A stretch of 64,000 nt of DNA from an uncultured Oligoflexia bacterium (lineage in GTDB: Bacteria > Bdellovibrionota > Bacteriovoracia > Bacteriovoracales > Bacteriovoracaceae): NCBI GenBank assembly GCA_950061135.1, contig CATLVU010000002.1:3-64002 (forward strand). Reading direction: 5' to 3'. Within the stretch, counting starts at the first letter, position 1. The number at the start of each line of letters is the position of its first letter. The position numbers and the translations under genes were made by a program. Below the pieces are notes generated by a model. That model searched no databases. It was not told the origin of the DNA and saw nothing but the letters and a program-made list of their open reading frames with translations. Below are positions 36,908 through 46,335 of this stretch, piece by piece.

Positions 36908-38102
36908 TCCTGTTCCGTGTCATAAAATAAAAAACAATTATCGCAATTAATGATAATGCAATGGATAGATATCCTACTCTTTCAAAATGAACAAGGGCCC
37001 CATTGGATTTTTCTTCAATCATAAGACCTGCAATTAATGTGGCCAGGGCAGCAGTAAGGGATCTGACAGCATTGAACACTCCCATAAATGCGCCTCTTTC
37101 AGTTTCAGATGGGACATTTGTAACTTGAGTCATCGCAGGGATGAAGCGACCAGAAATTGTGACCATAAACAAGCTTGAAACAAATAGAAAAAAAGCTAAA
37201 GATGTAGTGCCCAGAGTTGTGTAATAATGAATGGGAATTAGTGAAATAATTGATAGAACAGTAAAGGTTTTAAAAGTTCCAAATCGATCACAAACTTTAC
37301 CAATAAGCTTACTGCTGATAACCGTAAAAAAACCACCAACTAGATAGAGATACTTTAATTCAGATTCTAAAATTCCAATATTTTTAACAGCATATGGACT
37401 TAAAAATGGAATGAGCATAAAACCCGATAGAGCTAACAAAATGACAAGCGAGTAAGAGCTTAAATATTTCTTGCAAAAAGCGATATTAAAAATTGAAAGA
37501 ATACTATTGGTGATTGATTGTTTTTCAGTTTTAGCTTTTACATTTGGTAAATAGATTATGGTTAAGATGAAAACCAAAATAGAAAAAAGGACAATAAACA
37601 CAAAACTTGAACGCCAGCCAAAGTAATCTGATAATAAGAGGCCTAATGGAACGCCAACAACACTTGTAATTGAAAAAGCCGACATTATTGTTCCCATTGC
37701 ATTACCTCGTCGCTTAAAGGGGATTATGTCAGCTACGAGAGCAAAAACAAGAACATTTAGTACTCCGCCAAATGCCCCTGAAAAAATTCTTGCGATTAAT
37801 AATATCGAGTAATTTGAAGCAATCGCACAGATTGCAGTACTTATGACAAATAAAACACTAGAGATGAGAATTAAGTTTTTTCTATCAAAGCGATCAGCGA
37901 TAGTTCCAAAAACAAAACCGGTTAAAGCAGCACTAAAGTTATAAGAAGACACTAGTCCAGCAAATTGAGCGGGACTGATATTAAACTCCCTCATTATAGT
38001 AGGGCCTAACGGCATCAAAATTACAAAGTCGAGTATATGAAAAATTTGAACGCAAGTTAAAAGCCAAACAATAAGATTTTCTTGCTTTTTATTTAAGTCC
38101 AA
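36852..38102 (-). CDS. MFS transporter
   Basis: 416 aa with 12 TMs and an MFS loop motif (GTIADRFDRKNLI). Confidence 0.8.
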   Translation of the reverse strand: MDLNKKQENLIVWLLTCVQIFHILDFVILMPLGPTIMREFNISPAQFAGLVSSYNFSAALTGFVFGTIADRFDRKNLILISSVLFVISTAICAIASNYSILLIARIFSGAFGGVLNVLVFALVADIIPFKRRGNAMGTIMSAFSITSVVGVPLGLLLSDYFGWRSSFVFIVLFSILVFILTIIYLPNVKAKTEKQSITNSILSIFNIAFCKKYLSSYSLVILLALSGFMLIPFLSPYAVKNIGILESELKYLYLVGGFFTVISSKLIGKVCDRFGTFKTFTVLSIISLIPIHYYTTLGTTSLAFFLFVSSLFMVTISGRFIPAMTQVTNVPSETERGAFMGVFNAVRSLTAALATLIAGLMIEEKSNGALVHFERVGYLSIALSLIAIIVFYFMTRNRNDHLKCEQIDKKIRSALS

Positions 38103-39588
38103 CTATACCTTCTGTTTTTGAGCTTTGATCTAACGTTTCAAGACTTGATATCATTGAAACCGTGTGATCAACCATACTAACTGCTGCCGGATGATGATTG
38201 CCTGAATTTTTCACTCCTCCAAAAGGTAGCCGTGAGCTAGCACCAACAGTAGAGCGATTTAAATTAATGATTCCAGCATCAATATCTCGCAAGCATTTCT
38301 TATAAATCGCGGACTCTTCTGTGAAAATAGAAGCAGCTAATCCATAATCAGAAATATTAGCAATATCGATGGCCTCTTCAATATTTTCATAAGGTGTAAA
38401 ACAACAGTTAGGGCCAAAGATCTCTGTCTGAGTGAATGGATTAGACTTCTCTACTACCGCTAAGCGATGGATTGATGGAGCACAATAGTGGCCTTCCTTT
38501 TCCCATTGCATCTTATCATTATAATAAACAAGTTCGGCGCCATTATTTTTTCCCATCTCTAAGGCTTCATTATATTTCTGTTTAGCTATGCTATCGATGA
38601 GTGGGCCCATAAAAGGCTCTGGCGATTTTGCTAACGGATGATCTACAATAATTCTTTCAGTTAATGCTTTAAATCTATCTATAAATTCATTCTCAATGCT
38701 TTTGTGAATAGCAATCATGGAAGTTGAGGTACAACGTTGTCCAGATGATAGAAAACAAGATCTTAAAACTTCAGCTAAAGCATGCTCAATATTTGTATCT
38801 TTATGTAAAATAGTTGTGTTTTTTCCACCAAGTTCAAGGGCAACAAGTTTAGTTATATCGGTACCGACTGATTCTAAAATTCTTTTTCCAATTTCATAAG
38901 AGCCGGTAAAAAAGATTCCTTTGATTGCTTGGTGCTTTAGAATACTTTGAGTTGTATGTGCTGTACCATTAATGAAGTTGACAACACCTTTTGGAAAACC
39001 AGCTTCATGAAAACACTCCATCAAAATTTGAGAGGAATGAATAGTTTTTTCACTGGGTTTAAAAATAATCGAATTACCAGTTAAAAGAGATGCCAATATT
39101 TGCCCGTTAGCAAGGTGGCACGGAAAGTTAAATGGGCCTATAACTAAACTTGGGCCGATTGGTTTAAAAATTGTGTGTCCATCAATATTTGGCAATACTT
39201 GGGATATAGTTTGAGTTTCAATACGTTTGAGTGAATCCGTTATTGTAACATTTACTTTGGCAGCAATTGCTCCTGCTTCGGTGTAAGTTTCCCATAGAGG
39301 TTTACCTGTTTCCATGGCAATACTATAAGCGATATCATCTTTGCGCTTAGCCGCACATTCTCCAAACTTTTTTAACATATCGATACGATCTTCTAGGGAT
39401 ATTTTACGCCATAATTGAAAACCGTTTATTGAAGAATCGATAACCTTTTCTATATGTCCATAATCAATATCTGCACTCCATAATTGGTTATTAATATCAC
39501 CAGGACAAGTTTTTACAATAACTTCATCATTTGCCTGTGGAGGGTGGAATTCTCCATCAAAATAGCTTCCACGTAACGTGATTTCCAT
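38089..39588 (-). CDS. NAD(P)-dependent aldehyde dehydrogenase (AstD/semialdehyde dehydrogenase-like)
   Basis: ALDH signatures LELGGKN and FLSSGQRCTS (catalytic Cys). 499 aa. Confidence 0.85.
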   Translation of the reverse strand: MEITLRGSYFDGEFHPPQANDEVIVKTCPGDINNQLWSADIDYGHIEKVIDSSINGFQLWRKISLEDRIDMLKKFGECAAKRKDDIAYSIAMETGKPLWETYTEAGAIAAKVNVTITDSLKRIETQTISQVLPNIDGHTIFKPIGPSLVIGPFNFPCHLANGQILASLLTGNSIIFKPSEKTIHSSQILMECFHEAGFPKGVVNFINGTAHTTQSILKHQAIKGIFFTGSYEIGKRILESVGTDITKLVALELGGKNTTILHKDTNIEHALAEVLRSCFLSSGQRCTSTSMIAIHKSIENEFIDRFKALTERIIVDHPLAKSPEPFMGPLIDSIAKQKYNEALEMGKNNGAELVYYNDKMQWEKEGHYCAPSIHRLAVVEKSNPFTQTEIFGPNCCFTPYENIEEAIDIANISDYGLAASIFTEESAIYKKCLRDIDAGIINLNRSTVGASSRLPFGGVKNSGNHHPAAVSMVDHTVSMISSLETLDQSSKTEGIVGLK

Positions 39589-39673
39589 AATCTCTCCTCA
39601 TTTTTGTATCTATTTATTTGGAACTATACTACACTTTGAAATATGTTCTCGCATCAAAAACTAAGGAGAAATA

Positions 39674-40465
39674 ATGGATAAATTACAAAAGTATTTTGAT
39701 AGGTTATGGGCAAATTATATTTCAATGACTCCTCAGGCGTTAGCAATAAAAGAATTATTTGAAAATAATGGTGAAACAATAGTAAATGACCATATTGCTT
39801 TGAGAACTTTTAATCACCCAAAAGTTAATATTATTAAATTGGCCACATATTTTACAAAATATGGATATGTGAAAAAAGGTGAATATAAATTTGAAGAAAA
39901 AAAGCTTTTCGCAATTCATTTGGAGCATCAAAACCCACTAATGCCAAAAGTTTTTATCAGTGAATTATTATTAGAAGAGTTTTCAACTGAGTTCCAAAAA
40001 ACATGCTCAGAAATTATTGATGGAATTGATGAAGCGTTAATTGAATCTGAAGACTTTTTAATGTCAGGACGAACTTGGGATATCTCTTATTCTAATTATG
40101 AAAAGCTACTCAAAGAAAGTGAGTATGGGGCTTGGATGAGTGCCATCGGCTATAGGCCAAACCATTTTACCATTTCAGTAAATCATTTAAAAAACTTATC
40201 AGACCTAACAGAATTAAATAAGTTTTTAAAAGAAAACGGGTTTAGTTTAAATGAGAGTGGAGGAGAGATCAAAGGTTCTAAAGAAGTGTGCCTTGAACAA
40301 TCATCGACATTAGCAGATAAAATTCAAGTTAAGTTTAGTGATAAAACAACTGAGATCCCTTCATGTTATTTTGAATTTGCCAAAAGATATGAAGATGAAA
40401 CAGGTAAGTTGTATCAAGGCTTTGTGGCAAAGTCTGCAGATAAAATTTTTGAGTCTACAAATTAA
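39674..40465 (+). CDS. DUF1338 family protein (HglS/YdcJ-like 2-oxoadipate dioxygenase/decarboxylase)
   Basis: Family-typical VNDHIALRTF, a mid-protein His region (GYRPNHFTISVN) and the C-terminal YFEFAKRY. Confidence 0.7.
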   Translation: MDKLQKYFDRLWANYISMTPQALAIKELFENNGETIVNDHIALRTFNHPKVNIIKLATYFTKYGYVKKGEYKFEEKKLFAIHLEHQNPLMPKVFISELLLEEFSTEFQKTCSEIIDGIDEALIESEDFLMSGRTWDISYSNYEKLLKESEYGAWMSAIGYRPNHFTISVNHLKNLSDLTELNKFLKENGFSLNESGGEIKGSKEVCLEQSSTLADKIQVKFSDKTTEIPSCYFEFAKRYEDETGKLYQGFVAKSADKIFESTN

Positions 40466-40479
40466 CTGATAATAATCAT
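40466..40479. promoter_or_regulatory. FNR/FixK-type box candidate CTGATaataATCAT
   Basis: Perfect TGAT-N4-ATCA core, 73-86 nt upstream of ATG 40552. Confidence 0.45.
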
Positions 40480-40551
40480 ATAAAATCCTAAAGCTTGTTA
40501 AAGTATTAAACTCTGAAATGATAGTATCCTTAAGAGCATAAGGAGAACGTT

Positions 40552-40920
40552 ATGGATATAGTCTTGATTAAAGGTTTTGGGGTTTTATATGTGCTAGCCG
40601 GCCTTGGAATTTTATTAAACTTTAGCACTTGGTATGAAAAATTATTGCTTTTAAAAAATAATCCCGTGCTGATAAAGATTTTTAGCTTATTGGCTTTCTC
40701 TGTTGGTCTATTAATAATATTTGTTTTTAAATTCAATGAAAACTTCATTCATATATTGATGATAATAATTGCTTTATTGGCGATATTAAAAGGTGTTGTT
40801 TTATTATTATTACCGAATATGGTTTTTGATTTGGCTGAAAGGATATATCGAAATAATGCTCTTTTTAAGCTGACAGGAGTTTTGTGCGTAGGGATGGGAA
40901 CTCTTTTTATTTTAGGCTAA
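40552..40920 (+). CDS. small polytopic membrane protein (4 TM) of unknown function
   Basis: RBS aAGGAGaacgtt before the ATG; 122 aa, hydrophobic. Preferred over the antisense ORF 40530..40748. Confidence 0.6.
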   Translation: MDIVLIKGFGVLYVLAGLGILLNFSTWYEKLLLLKNNPVLIKIFSLLAFSVGLLIIFVFKFNENFIHILMIIIALLAILKGVVLLLLPNMVFDLAERIYRNNALFKLTGVLCVGMGTLFILG

Positions 40921-40925
40921 TAACT

Positions 40926-41804
40926 TTAATATAAACCTTGCTTGTATATGAGAAGAGAAACAGGTGAGCGATCAACAATGTATTCAGCAGTACTGCCTAG
41001 GAAAAATTTAATAACTCCTCTTCGGTTGTGGTTGCCCAGTACGATGAGGTCATTACGATGGTCTTTACAGAACTCTAGAATACTTTCTCCTGAGGCCATA
41101 TCATTTGCTTCTAAGATATAGCATTCAGTTTTATGTTGATAATACTGTTTAATTGCTTCTAATTTCTTTTGTGAAACTTTTCTTGCTTTAGATTGAACAT
41201 CATCAATACTAATAATATCTTCTAAAGCTTCATCTTTTAAATCATTTGCAACAGTTTGATTATTCACTATATGTAGAATATGAGTCATGACATTATGACT
41301 ATTTTGTAATTCAGATAGTTTTTTTAATGGTAAGCTCTCTAGATCTAGACTCTCGCAAGCAAATAATATATTTGTAGGAAGCTTTTCTTGTTCATCATGC
41401 AAACATAAAATATTAATAGGTGAATGTGTAATTAGCTTGTGAGTTGTACTTCCTAGAAAAACATCTTTCAATAAGTTATGGCCCTTCAAACCGACAGCAA
41501 GGAGTTCAGCTTTATGTTTAGAAATGGCCATTTGTATACATTCCATAACTTCGCCATACCAAACTTCAATTAGCGGTGGTTGCTCATTTTCATTAAAATC
41601 TAAAAGGTAATTTTCTACAATATGGTTTTTGGCATTTTCCGTTATTTCAAGCCTCTCAGCTAATAATTCTGTATGATATCCAGCTTCAGGCTTTATATGT
41701 ATAATTATGGGGTCGTAATTATACTTCCTTGCCCATTGAAGTCCGAGTTTTACGGTTGTTTTTGAATATGGTCCTAAATCTGTACATATTAGCATTGTTT
41801 TCAT
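40926..41804 (-). CDS. tandem universal stress protein (two UspA domains)
   Basis: Two USP repeats, each ending in a G-x2-G...GS(T) pattern: LAVGLKGHNLLKDVFLGSTTHKLI and LIVLGNHNRRGVIKFFLGSTAEYIV. Confidence 0.85.
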   Translation of the reverse strand: MKTMLICTDLGPYSKTTVKLGLQWARKYNYDPIIIHIKPEAGYHTELLAERLEITENAKNHIVENYLLDFNENEQPPLIEVWYGEVMECIQMAISKHKAELLAVGLKGHNLLKDVFLGSTTHKLITHSPINILCLHDEQEKLPTNILFACESLDLESLPLKKLSELQNSHNVMTHILHIVNNQTVANDLKDEALEDIISIDDVQSKARKVSQKKLEAIKQYYQHKTECYILEANDMASGESILEFCKDHRNDLIVLGNHNRRGVIKFFLGSTAEYIVDRSPVSLLIYKQGLY

Positions 41805-41838
41805 AGATTTATTATATCTCTAGGTGAGATTAATAAAT

Positions 41839-41852
41839 ATGACCTTTATCAA
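41839..41852. promoter_or_regulatory. FNR/FixK-type box candidate ATGACctttATCAA
   Basis: 8/10 match to TTGAT-N4-ATCAA, in the divergent region between the tandem USP gene (start 41804) and the PAS kinase gene (start 41900). Confidence 0.35.
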
Positions 41853-41899
41853 TAAAATCATTTTTGATAAGAGTATAAAAACACTTAAGAGGTTAATAA

Positions 41900-43138
41900 T
41901 TGGAAGCAACAGAATTTCAGGCACTTTTTGAACATTCTTCAATGGGAATTATTATTTCTAATCAAGAAGGGATTATTGAGAAATGTAATCCATTTGCATG
42001 TAAGTTATTTGGATATCAGGATTCTCAGCTGGAAGGGAAAGCTATAGAAATTCTTGTACCTAAAGTATTACGGGAAAGGCATATTCGCTATAGAGAGAAC
42101 TATAATAAAAAGCCGACGAGTCGTGCAATGGGTGGGACATTAACTGTTCAAGGCTTTAAAAAAGATGATTCAAAGTTTCCTGTAGAGATTAGTCTTACTT
42201 TTTATAAAGACAAAGATAAAAATACTAAGATTGTAAGTTTTGTCAGTGATATTACTGAGAGAAAAAAGGCAGAAGATGCACTGGCTAAGCTTACAGGCGA
42301 ATTGGAAGACAAAGTTAATAATCGAACAAAAGAGCTCTCTGATGCTCTTGTCGAGTTAAACAATTCTCATCAGATAATAGAAAAAGAAGTAGAAAAACGT
42401 AAACAGGTAGAAAAAGATATTCGTGAAAGTTTGGAAAGAGAAAAAGAACTAAGCGAATTAAAATCTCGTTTTGTTTCAATGGCATCACATGAATTTAGAA
42501 CACCATTGGCGGGGATTCTTTCATCAGCTTCGTTATTAGATAAGTATAATGAAATAGGTGATAGTGAAAAACATAAAAAACATATTGTGAAAATTAAGAA
42601 ATCAGTAAAACATCTGACTAATATATTAAATGAGTTTTTATCAATGGATAAGCTTGATCAGGGGAAACTTGCTATAAATATTTCAGAGTTTTCAATTTTA
42701 GAATTAGTTAAAGATTTGAATGAAAGTATGGAAGAAATTTTTAAAAAAGGTCAAACTTTAATTGTGACGAATAATTCAAATGATTTTTTGGTAAAGCTGG
42801 ATAGAGAAATACTACATAATAGTTTAGTGAATTTATTATCAAATGCAGTAAAATATTCAGCAGAGAATGCTAATATTTACTTAATTATTCACGAAAACAA
42901 GGATAATTTTTCAATAAGTATAAAAGACGAAGGGATTGGTATTCCTAAGGAAGACCAAAAACATTTATTTGAAAGATTTTTTAGGGCCCATAATGTAACA
43001 ACAATAAAAGGAACAGGGCTTGGTTTAAATATAGTAAAAAGTTATTTAAAACTTTTAGATGGTGTTATCAGCTTTGAAAGCGAAGAGGGAGTAGGGACTG
43101 TATTTACAATCCAGCTACAGAAGGAATTAAAAGAATGA
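41900..43138 (+). CDS. PAS-domain sensor histidine kinase (FixL-like PAS, soluble)
   Basis: The PAS segment GKAIEILVPKVLRERHIRYRENY...VQGFKKDDSKFPVEISL...SDITERK is colinear with the FixL heme-PAS. H-box SHEFRTPL, N-box LLSNAVKYS, and G-boxes DEGIGIP / GTGLGLNIV. TTG start with an AAGAGG RBS. Confidence 0.85.
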   Translation: MEATEFQALFEHSSMGIIISNQEGIIEKCNPFACKLFGYQDSQLEGKAIEILVPKVLRERHIRYRENYNKKPTSRAMGGTLTVQGFKKDDSKFPVEISLTFYKDKDKNTKIVSFVSDITERKKAEDALAKLTGELEDKVNNRTKELSDALVELNNSHQIIEKEVEKRKQVEKDIRESLEREKELSELKSRFVSMASHEFRTPLAGILSSASLLDKYNEIGDSEKHKKHIVKIKKSVKHLTNILNEFLSMDKLDQGKLAINISEFSILELVKDLNESMEEIFKKGQTLIVTNNSNDFLVKLDREILHNSLVNLLSNAVKYSAENANIYLIIHENKDNFSISIKDEGIGIPKEDQKHLFERFFRAHNVTTIKGTGLGLNIVKSYLKLLDGVISFESEEGVGTVFTIQLQKELKE

Positions 43139-44187
43139 AAAAGATTTTGTTAATTGAAGATGATGAGATAATGAGAGAAAATACTGCTGAAATTTTAGAG
43201 CTAGCACAGTTTGATGTTACCACAGCTGCTGATGGTAAGATTGGAAGTAAGCTAGCAAAAGAAATAATTCCAGATTTAATTGTCAGTGATATCATGATGC
43301 CAGGACTTGATGGTTATGGGGTATTACATATTCTTTCTAAAGATCCAAAGACAGCAAATATTCCTTTTATTTTTCTTACTGCAAAAGCTGAAAAAAGCGA
43401 ATGGAGAAAAGGAATGGAACTTGGAGCTGACGATTATATAACAAAGCCATTTGATGATACAGAACTGTTAAATGCAATTGAAATTAGATTAAAAAAATCA
43501 GCAGCTCGCAAGAAAGAGTTCGAGCGAAGTGAAGTGGGACTGGATTCATTTTTCAAAGAAGTTAAAAGTATAAAAGAGCTTAAAGATCTTTCTTTGAATA
43601 GACCCAAAGCAGTTTATAAGAAAAAAGAAATTATTTACCATGATGGAGATAAACCTCATTATGTTTATTTTATAAATTCGGGAAAAGTAAAAATTTATAA
43701 AACCCATGACGATGGAAAAGAGTATATAACTCAGGTGCTGAAGTCTGGGGACTTTTTTGGGCATACAGCGATGTTCGAGGGGAGTAATTATAATGATTCA
43801 GCCCTCGTTTTAGAAAATAGTGAGATTATTAAAATCCCTAAAGAGGATTTTATGGCACTTATTTTTCAAAATAGAGATGTTGCGGGACAATTTATAAAAA
43901 TGCTATCAAACCAAGTTGAAGAGCAAGAAGAGCAGCTTATAAAATTGGCCTATGATACCGTTAGAAAAAGAACGGCAGATGCTCTCTTAAATCTTAAAAA
44001 GCAATACAAAGCCGATTCTCCAGATGGTGCTATCGCAGTTACACGAGAAAATTTGGCCAGTATGGTTGGAACAGCTACAGAAACCGTTATCAGATGCCTT
44101 GGAGAGTTCAAAGAAGACGGTTTTATCGAAGTTAGTGGTCGCTCTATTAAAGTTCTTGATGAAGAAGGATTAAATTCAGTTCAATAA
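43135..44187 (+). CDS. response regulator: receiver domain fused to a Crp/Fnr-type cNMP-binding + HTH module
   Basis: Receiver (ILLIEDD...DLIVSDIMMPGLDG...LTAK...ITKP), then a cNMP-binding-like barrel (YFINSGKVKIYK) and a Crp-type HTH with recognition helix TETVIRCL. ATGA overlap with the kinase gene. Confidence 0.85.
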   Translation: MKKILLIEDDEIMRENTAEILELAQFDVTTAADGKIGSKLAKEIIPDLIVSDIMMPGLDGYGVLHILSKDPKTANIPFIFLTAKAEKSEWRKGMELGADDYITKPFDDTELLNAIEIRLKKSAARKKEFERSEVGLDSFFKEVKSIKELKDLSLNRPKAVYKKKEIIYHDGDKPHYVYFINSGKVKIYKTHDDGKEYITQVLKSGDFFGHTAMFEGSNYNDSALVLENSEIIKIPKEDFMALIFQNRDVAGQFIKMLSNQVEEQEEQLIKLAYDTVRKRTADALLNLKKQYKADSPDGAIAVTRENLASMVGTATETVIRCLGEFKEDGFIEVSGRSIKVLDEEGLNSVQ

Positions 44188-44196
44188 GGACAAAAA

Positions 44197-44210
44197 CTGA
44201 TTATTATCAT
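44197..44210. promoter_or_regulatory. FNR/FixK-type box candidate CTGATtattATCAT
   Basis: Perfect TGAT-N4-ATCA core, 58-71 nt upstream of ATG 44268. Confidence 0.45.
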
Positions 44211-44267
44211 ATTTATCAATAGGTCTATATCATAATGAAATTATGAAAGATATTTTAGAATATCTTC

Positions 44268-44684
44268 ATGAAGGTTCTTGTTCTTACAAATTTAATTCAC
44301 GATATAACAAAAATTAGTTCTTTTATAGTTCAAAGTCTTTTGGGTGATAAAAATGAAGTTATTGTAATGATAACTTTTGATCTACCTCGAGGAGTAACTG
44401 ACGACGATTTATTAGAAACCCATGATCGTATAAAAAATAAGGCTGAAGATTTTGTAAAAAAATTAAGTGATCAAGTGGGGCCATCGATAAAAATTTCCCC
44501 AGTAATTAAAATGGGTAGACTCGATTATGTTTTGAGAAACTTTCTCAAAAATAATGATTGTAATCTTATTATTATGGGAGGACAGAACATCGAGTTGGCC
44601 AATAAAATAGTTCCAATTATCAAAAAAAATAAAATCGAAGTTATCGATATAGAAAAAATGGAAGCTCTAAGAGTTTCGTCATAA
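44268..44684 (+). CDS. USP-like protein with a degenerate nucleotide-binding motif
   Basis: USP-fold pattern (MKVLVLTN...LIIMGGQNIELANKIV), but it lacks the canonical G-x2-G-x9-G(S/T). Confidence 0.55.
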   Translation: MKVLVLTNLIHDITKISSFIVQSLLGDKNEVIVMITFDLPRGVTDDDLLETHDRIKNKAEDFVKKLSDQVGPSIKISPVIKMGRLDYVLRNFLKNNDCNLIIMGGQNIELANKIVPIIKKNKIEVIDIEKMEALRVSS

Positions 44685-44702
44685 TAAATGAAGGAGTAAA
44701 TT

Positions 44703-45170
44703 ATGAAAATGCTTGGAAGAAGAAATTATTCACCATCTTTATTGGGAAAAAGACCATTTTGGGGAATTAGTGATGAAATGAATAATTTTTTAGAAAATTT
44801 TTTTGAGTCTCATTATGATCTGTCACAAACAAAAGAAGTATGGAAGCCTAAATTAGAAGTAAAAGAAAAAAAAGATGAATATATTGTCAAAGCAGAGGTT
44901 CCTGGATTGGAAGAGGATCATATAGAGCTTAATGTTCGTGATAATAGATTAGAGCTAGTTGGAGAGAAAAAAGAAGAGCGGATAGAGGATAAAGATGGTT
45001 CTCACTACTCTGAGATGACTTATGGACATTTTTACAGAGCAATTCCTTTTGATAAAGAAATTGATGCTGAAAAAATAAAGGCAACAATGAAAAATGGGGT
45101 ATTAACAATTTTAGTTGCTAAAAAAATAGATGCAGATATTAATTCGAGAAGAATCAAAATTAATAACTAA
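44703..45170 (+). CDS. Hsp20/alpha-crystallin small heat-shock protein
   Basis: Alpha-crystallin core: WKPKLEVKEKKDEYIVKAEVPGLEEDHIELNV...GHFYRAIPF...ATMKNGVLTILV. Confidence 0.9.
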   Translation: MKMLGRRNYSPSLLGKRPFWGISDEMNNFLENFFESHYDLSQTKEVWKPKLEVKEKKDEYIVKAEVPGLEEDHIELNVRDNRLELVGEKKEERIEDKDGSHYSEMTYGHFYRAIPFDKEIDAEKIKATMKNGVLTILVAKKIDADINSRRIKINN

Positions 45171-45190
45171 TATCATGAAAAGGGGTGCCT

Positions 45191-45628
45191 ATGAAATTAA
45201 ATATAATATTAACAATGTTCTTCATGGGCATTCTTTTTTATAGTTGTTCACATATCAACACTGAATCAAGAGGTTATTATGTAGAATTAAATTCGTTTCG
45301 ACATGGTATTATCCCACTAGAAATGGAAATTAGTGTGCAAGAGTATCCTCAAAAAACTTATAAGGAATCTTCAATTCAAAGAGGAAAAAAGATTTACCAA
45401 GCATCATGTACTCAATGTCATGGGAATAATGGTGAAGGAAATGGGGAGTATGCGATTAAAAAGAATTTGAAACCAAAAAGTTTAAAAAAACTGGCCAAAG
45501 AAGTTCCCAATTTTAGCTTTTTTATGCTTGTATCACAGGCAAAAAGTAATATGCCAGGCTGGGAAAAGAAATTTACCGAAGAGGAAATACATGATCTTGA
45601 AGGCTATATAAAATCTTTTAATAAATAA
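45191..45628 (+). CDS. monoheme c-type cytochrome lipoprotein
   Basis: Lipobox-like FYSCS, heme motif CTQCHG and a distal Met region (NMPGW). ATG 45191 has the RBS AAAGGGG; the ORF track starts at GTG 45185. Confidence 0.8.
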   Translation: MKLNIILTMFFMGILFYSCSHINTESRGYYVELNSFRHGIIPLEMEISVQEYPQKTYKESSIQRGKKIYQASCTQCHGNNGEGNGEYAIKKNLKPKSLKKLAKEVPNFSFFMLVSQAKSNMPGWEKKFTEEEIHDLEGYIKSFNK

Positions 45629-45630
45629 AT

Positions 45631-46335
45631 ATGAAAAAAACTATTAAATTCCAATCTTATAACTTACATAAAGGGCGAGATATCTTTGCTTCGCAATATT
45701 CAATGCTCCAACTAAAAGAGGCCTTGAAGATAGAAAAAGTGGACATCGGATGTTTTCAAGAGGTTTTAGGAGAAAATTTGTATGAACCAGATGTTGAGCA
45801 TCAAATAGAGCTAATTGCAGATGAGGTTTGGAAAGAATACTCATTTGCCAAGAATTCAGTAGTGTCAAAGCATGAGCATGGAAATGCTATACTTTCAAAA
45901 TACCCAATTAAGGATGAAAAAATTATAGATTTAACTTTGAATATTTTTGAAAAGCGTTCAGCAATAATTACAAAGATTGATTATAAAGGCTTTAGTATTT
46001 ATTGCATTAATACTCATTTAAATTTGAGAGAAAAAGATAGAATAAAACAAGCACAAATATTACTGAAAAGTATAAAAAATTTTATTCCAGATAATGCCCC
46101 AGTTATTATTGGAGGTGATTTTAATGATTGGACTGGTAAAATTGCCTGTTTGTTTAAAGATAATGGTTTTCGAATAAGTAAGGAACTTAAAACTTTTCCT
46201 TCTTTCTTTCCTTTTTTATCTCTTGATAGAATAATGATAAAGAATTGTAGTTTTATAAATGAAAAAAGAGGGGATGTGAAAGAACATAAAAATTTCTCTG
46301 ATCATTTACCACTCCTTTGTGAAATAGAATTATGA
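45631..46335 (+). CDS. endonuclease/exonuclease/phosphatase (EEP) family protein, YbhP-like
   Basis: EEP motifs CFQEV, GGDFNDW and SDHLPL. It sits upstream of, and overlaps, a PLD/Cls gene, as in E. coli ybhP-clsB. Confidence 0.8.
   Translation: MKKTIKFQSYNLHKGRDIFASQYSMLQLKEALKIEKVDIGCFQEVLGENLYEPDVEHQIELIADEVWKEYSFAKNSVVSKHEHGNAILSKYPIKDEKIIDLTLNIFEKRSAIITKIDYKGFSIYCINTHLNLREKDRIKQAQILLKSIKNFIPDNAPVIIGGDFNDWTGKIACLFKDNGFRISKELKTFPSFFPFLSLDRIMIKNCSFINEKRGDVKEHKNFSDHLPLLCEIEL

Noticed and set aside
40530-40748. 72-aa minus-strand ORF overlapping the start of ORF 40552..40920
   Set aside because: The plus-strand ORF has an AGGAG RBS and a coherent 4-TM profile. The minus-strand product is its compositional mirror.
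41858-41869. ATCAtttTTGAT-like inverted element next to the box at 41839
   Set aside because: The arms are in the opposite orientation (ATCA...TGAT) to the FNR/FixK consensus. It is AT-rich and could easily be chance.
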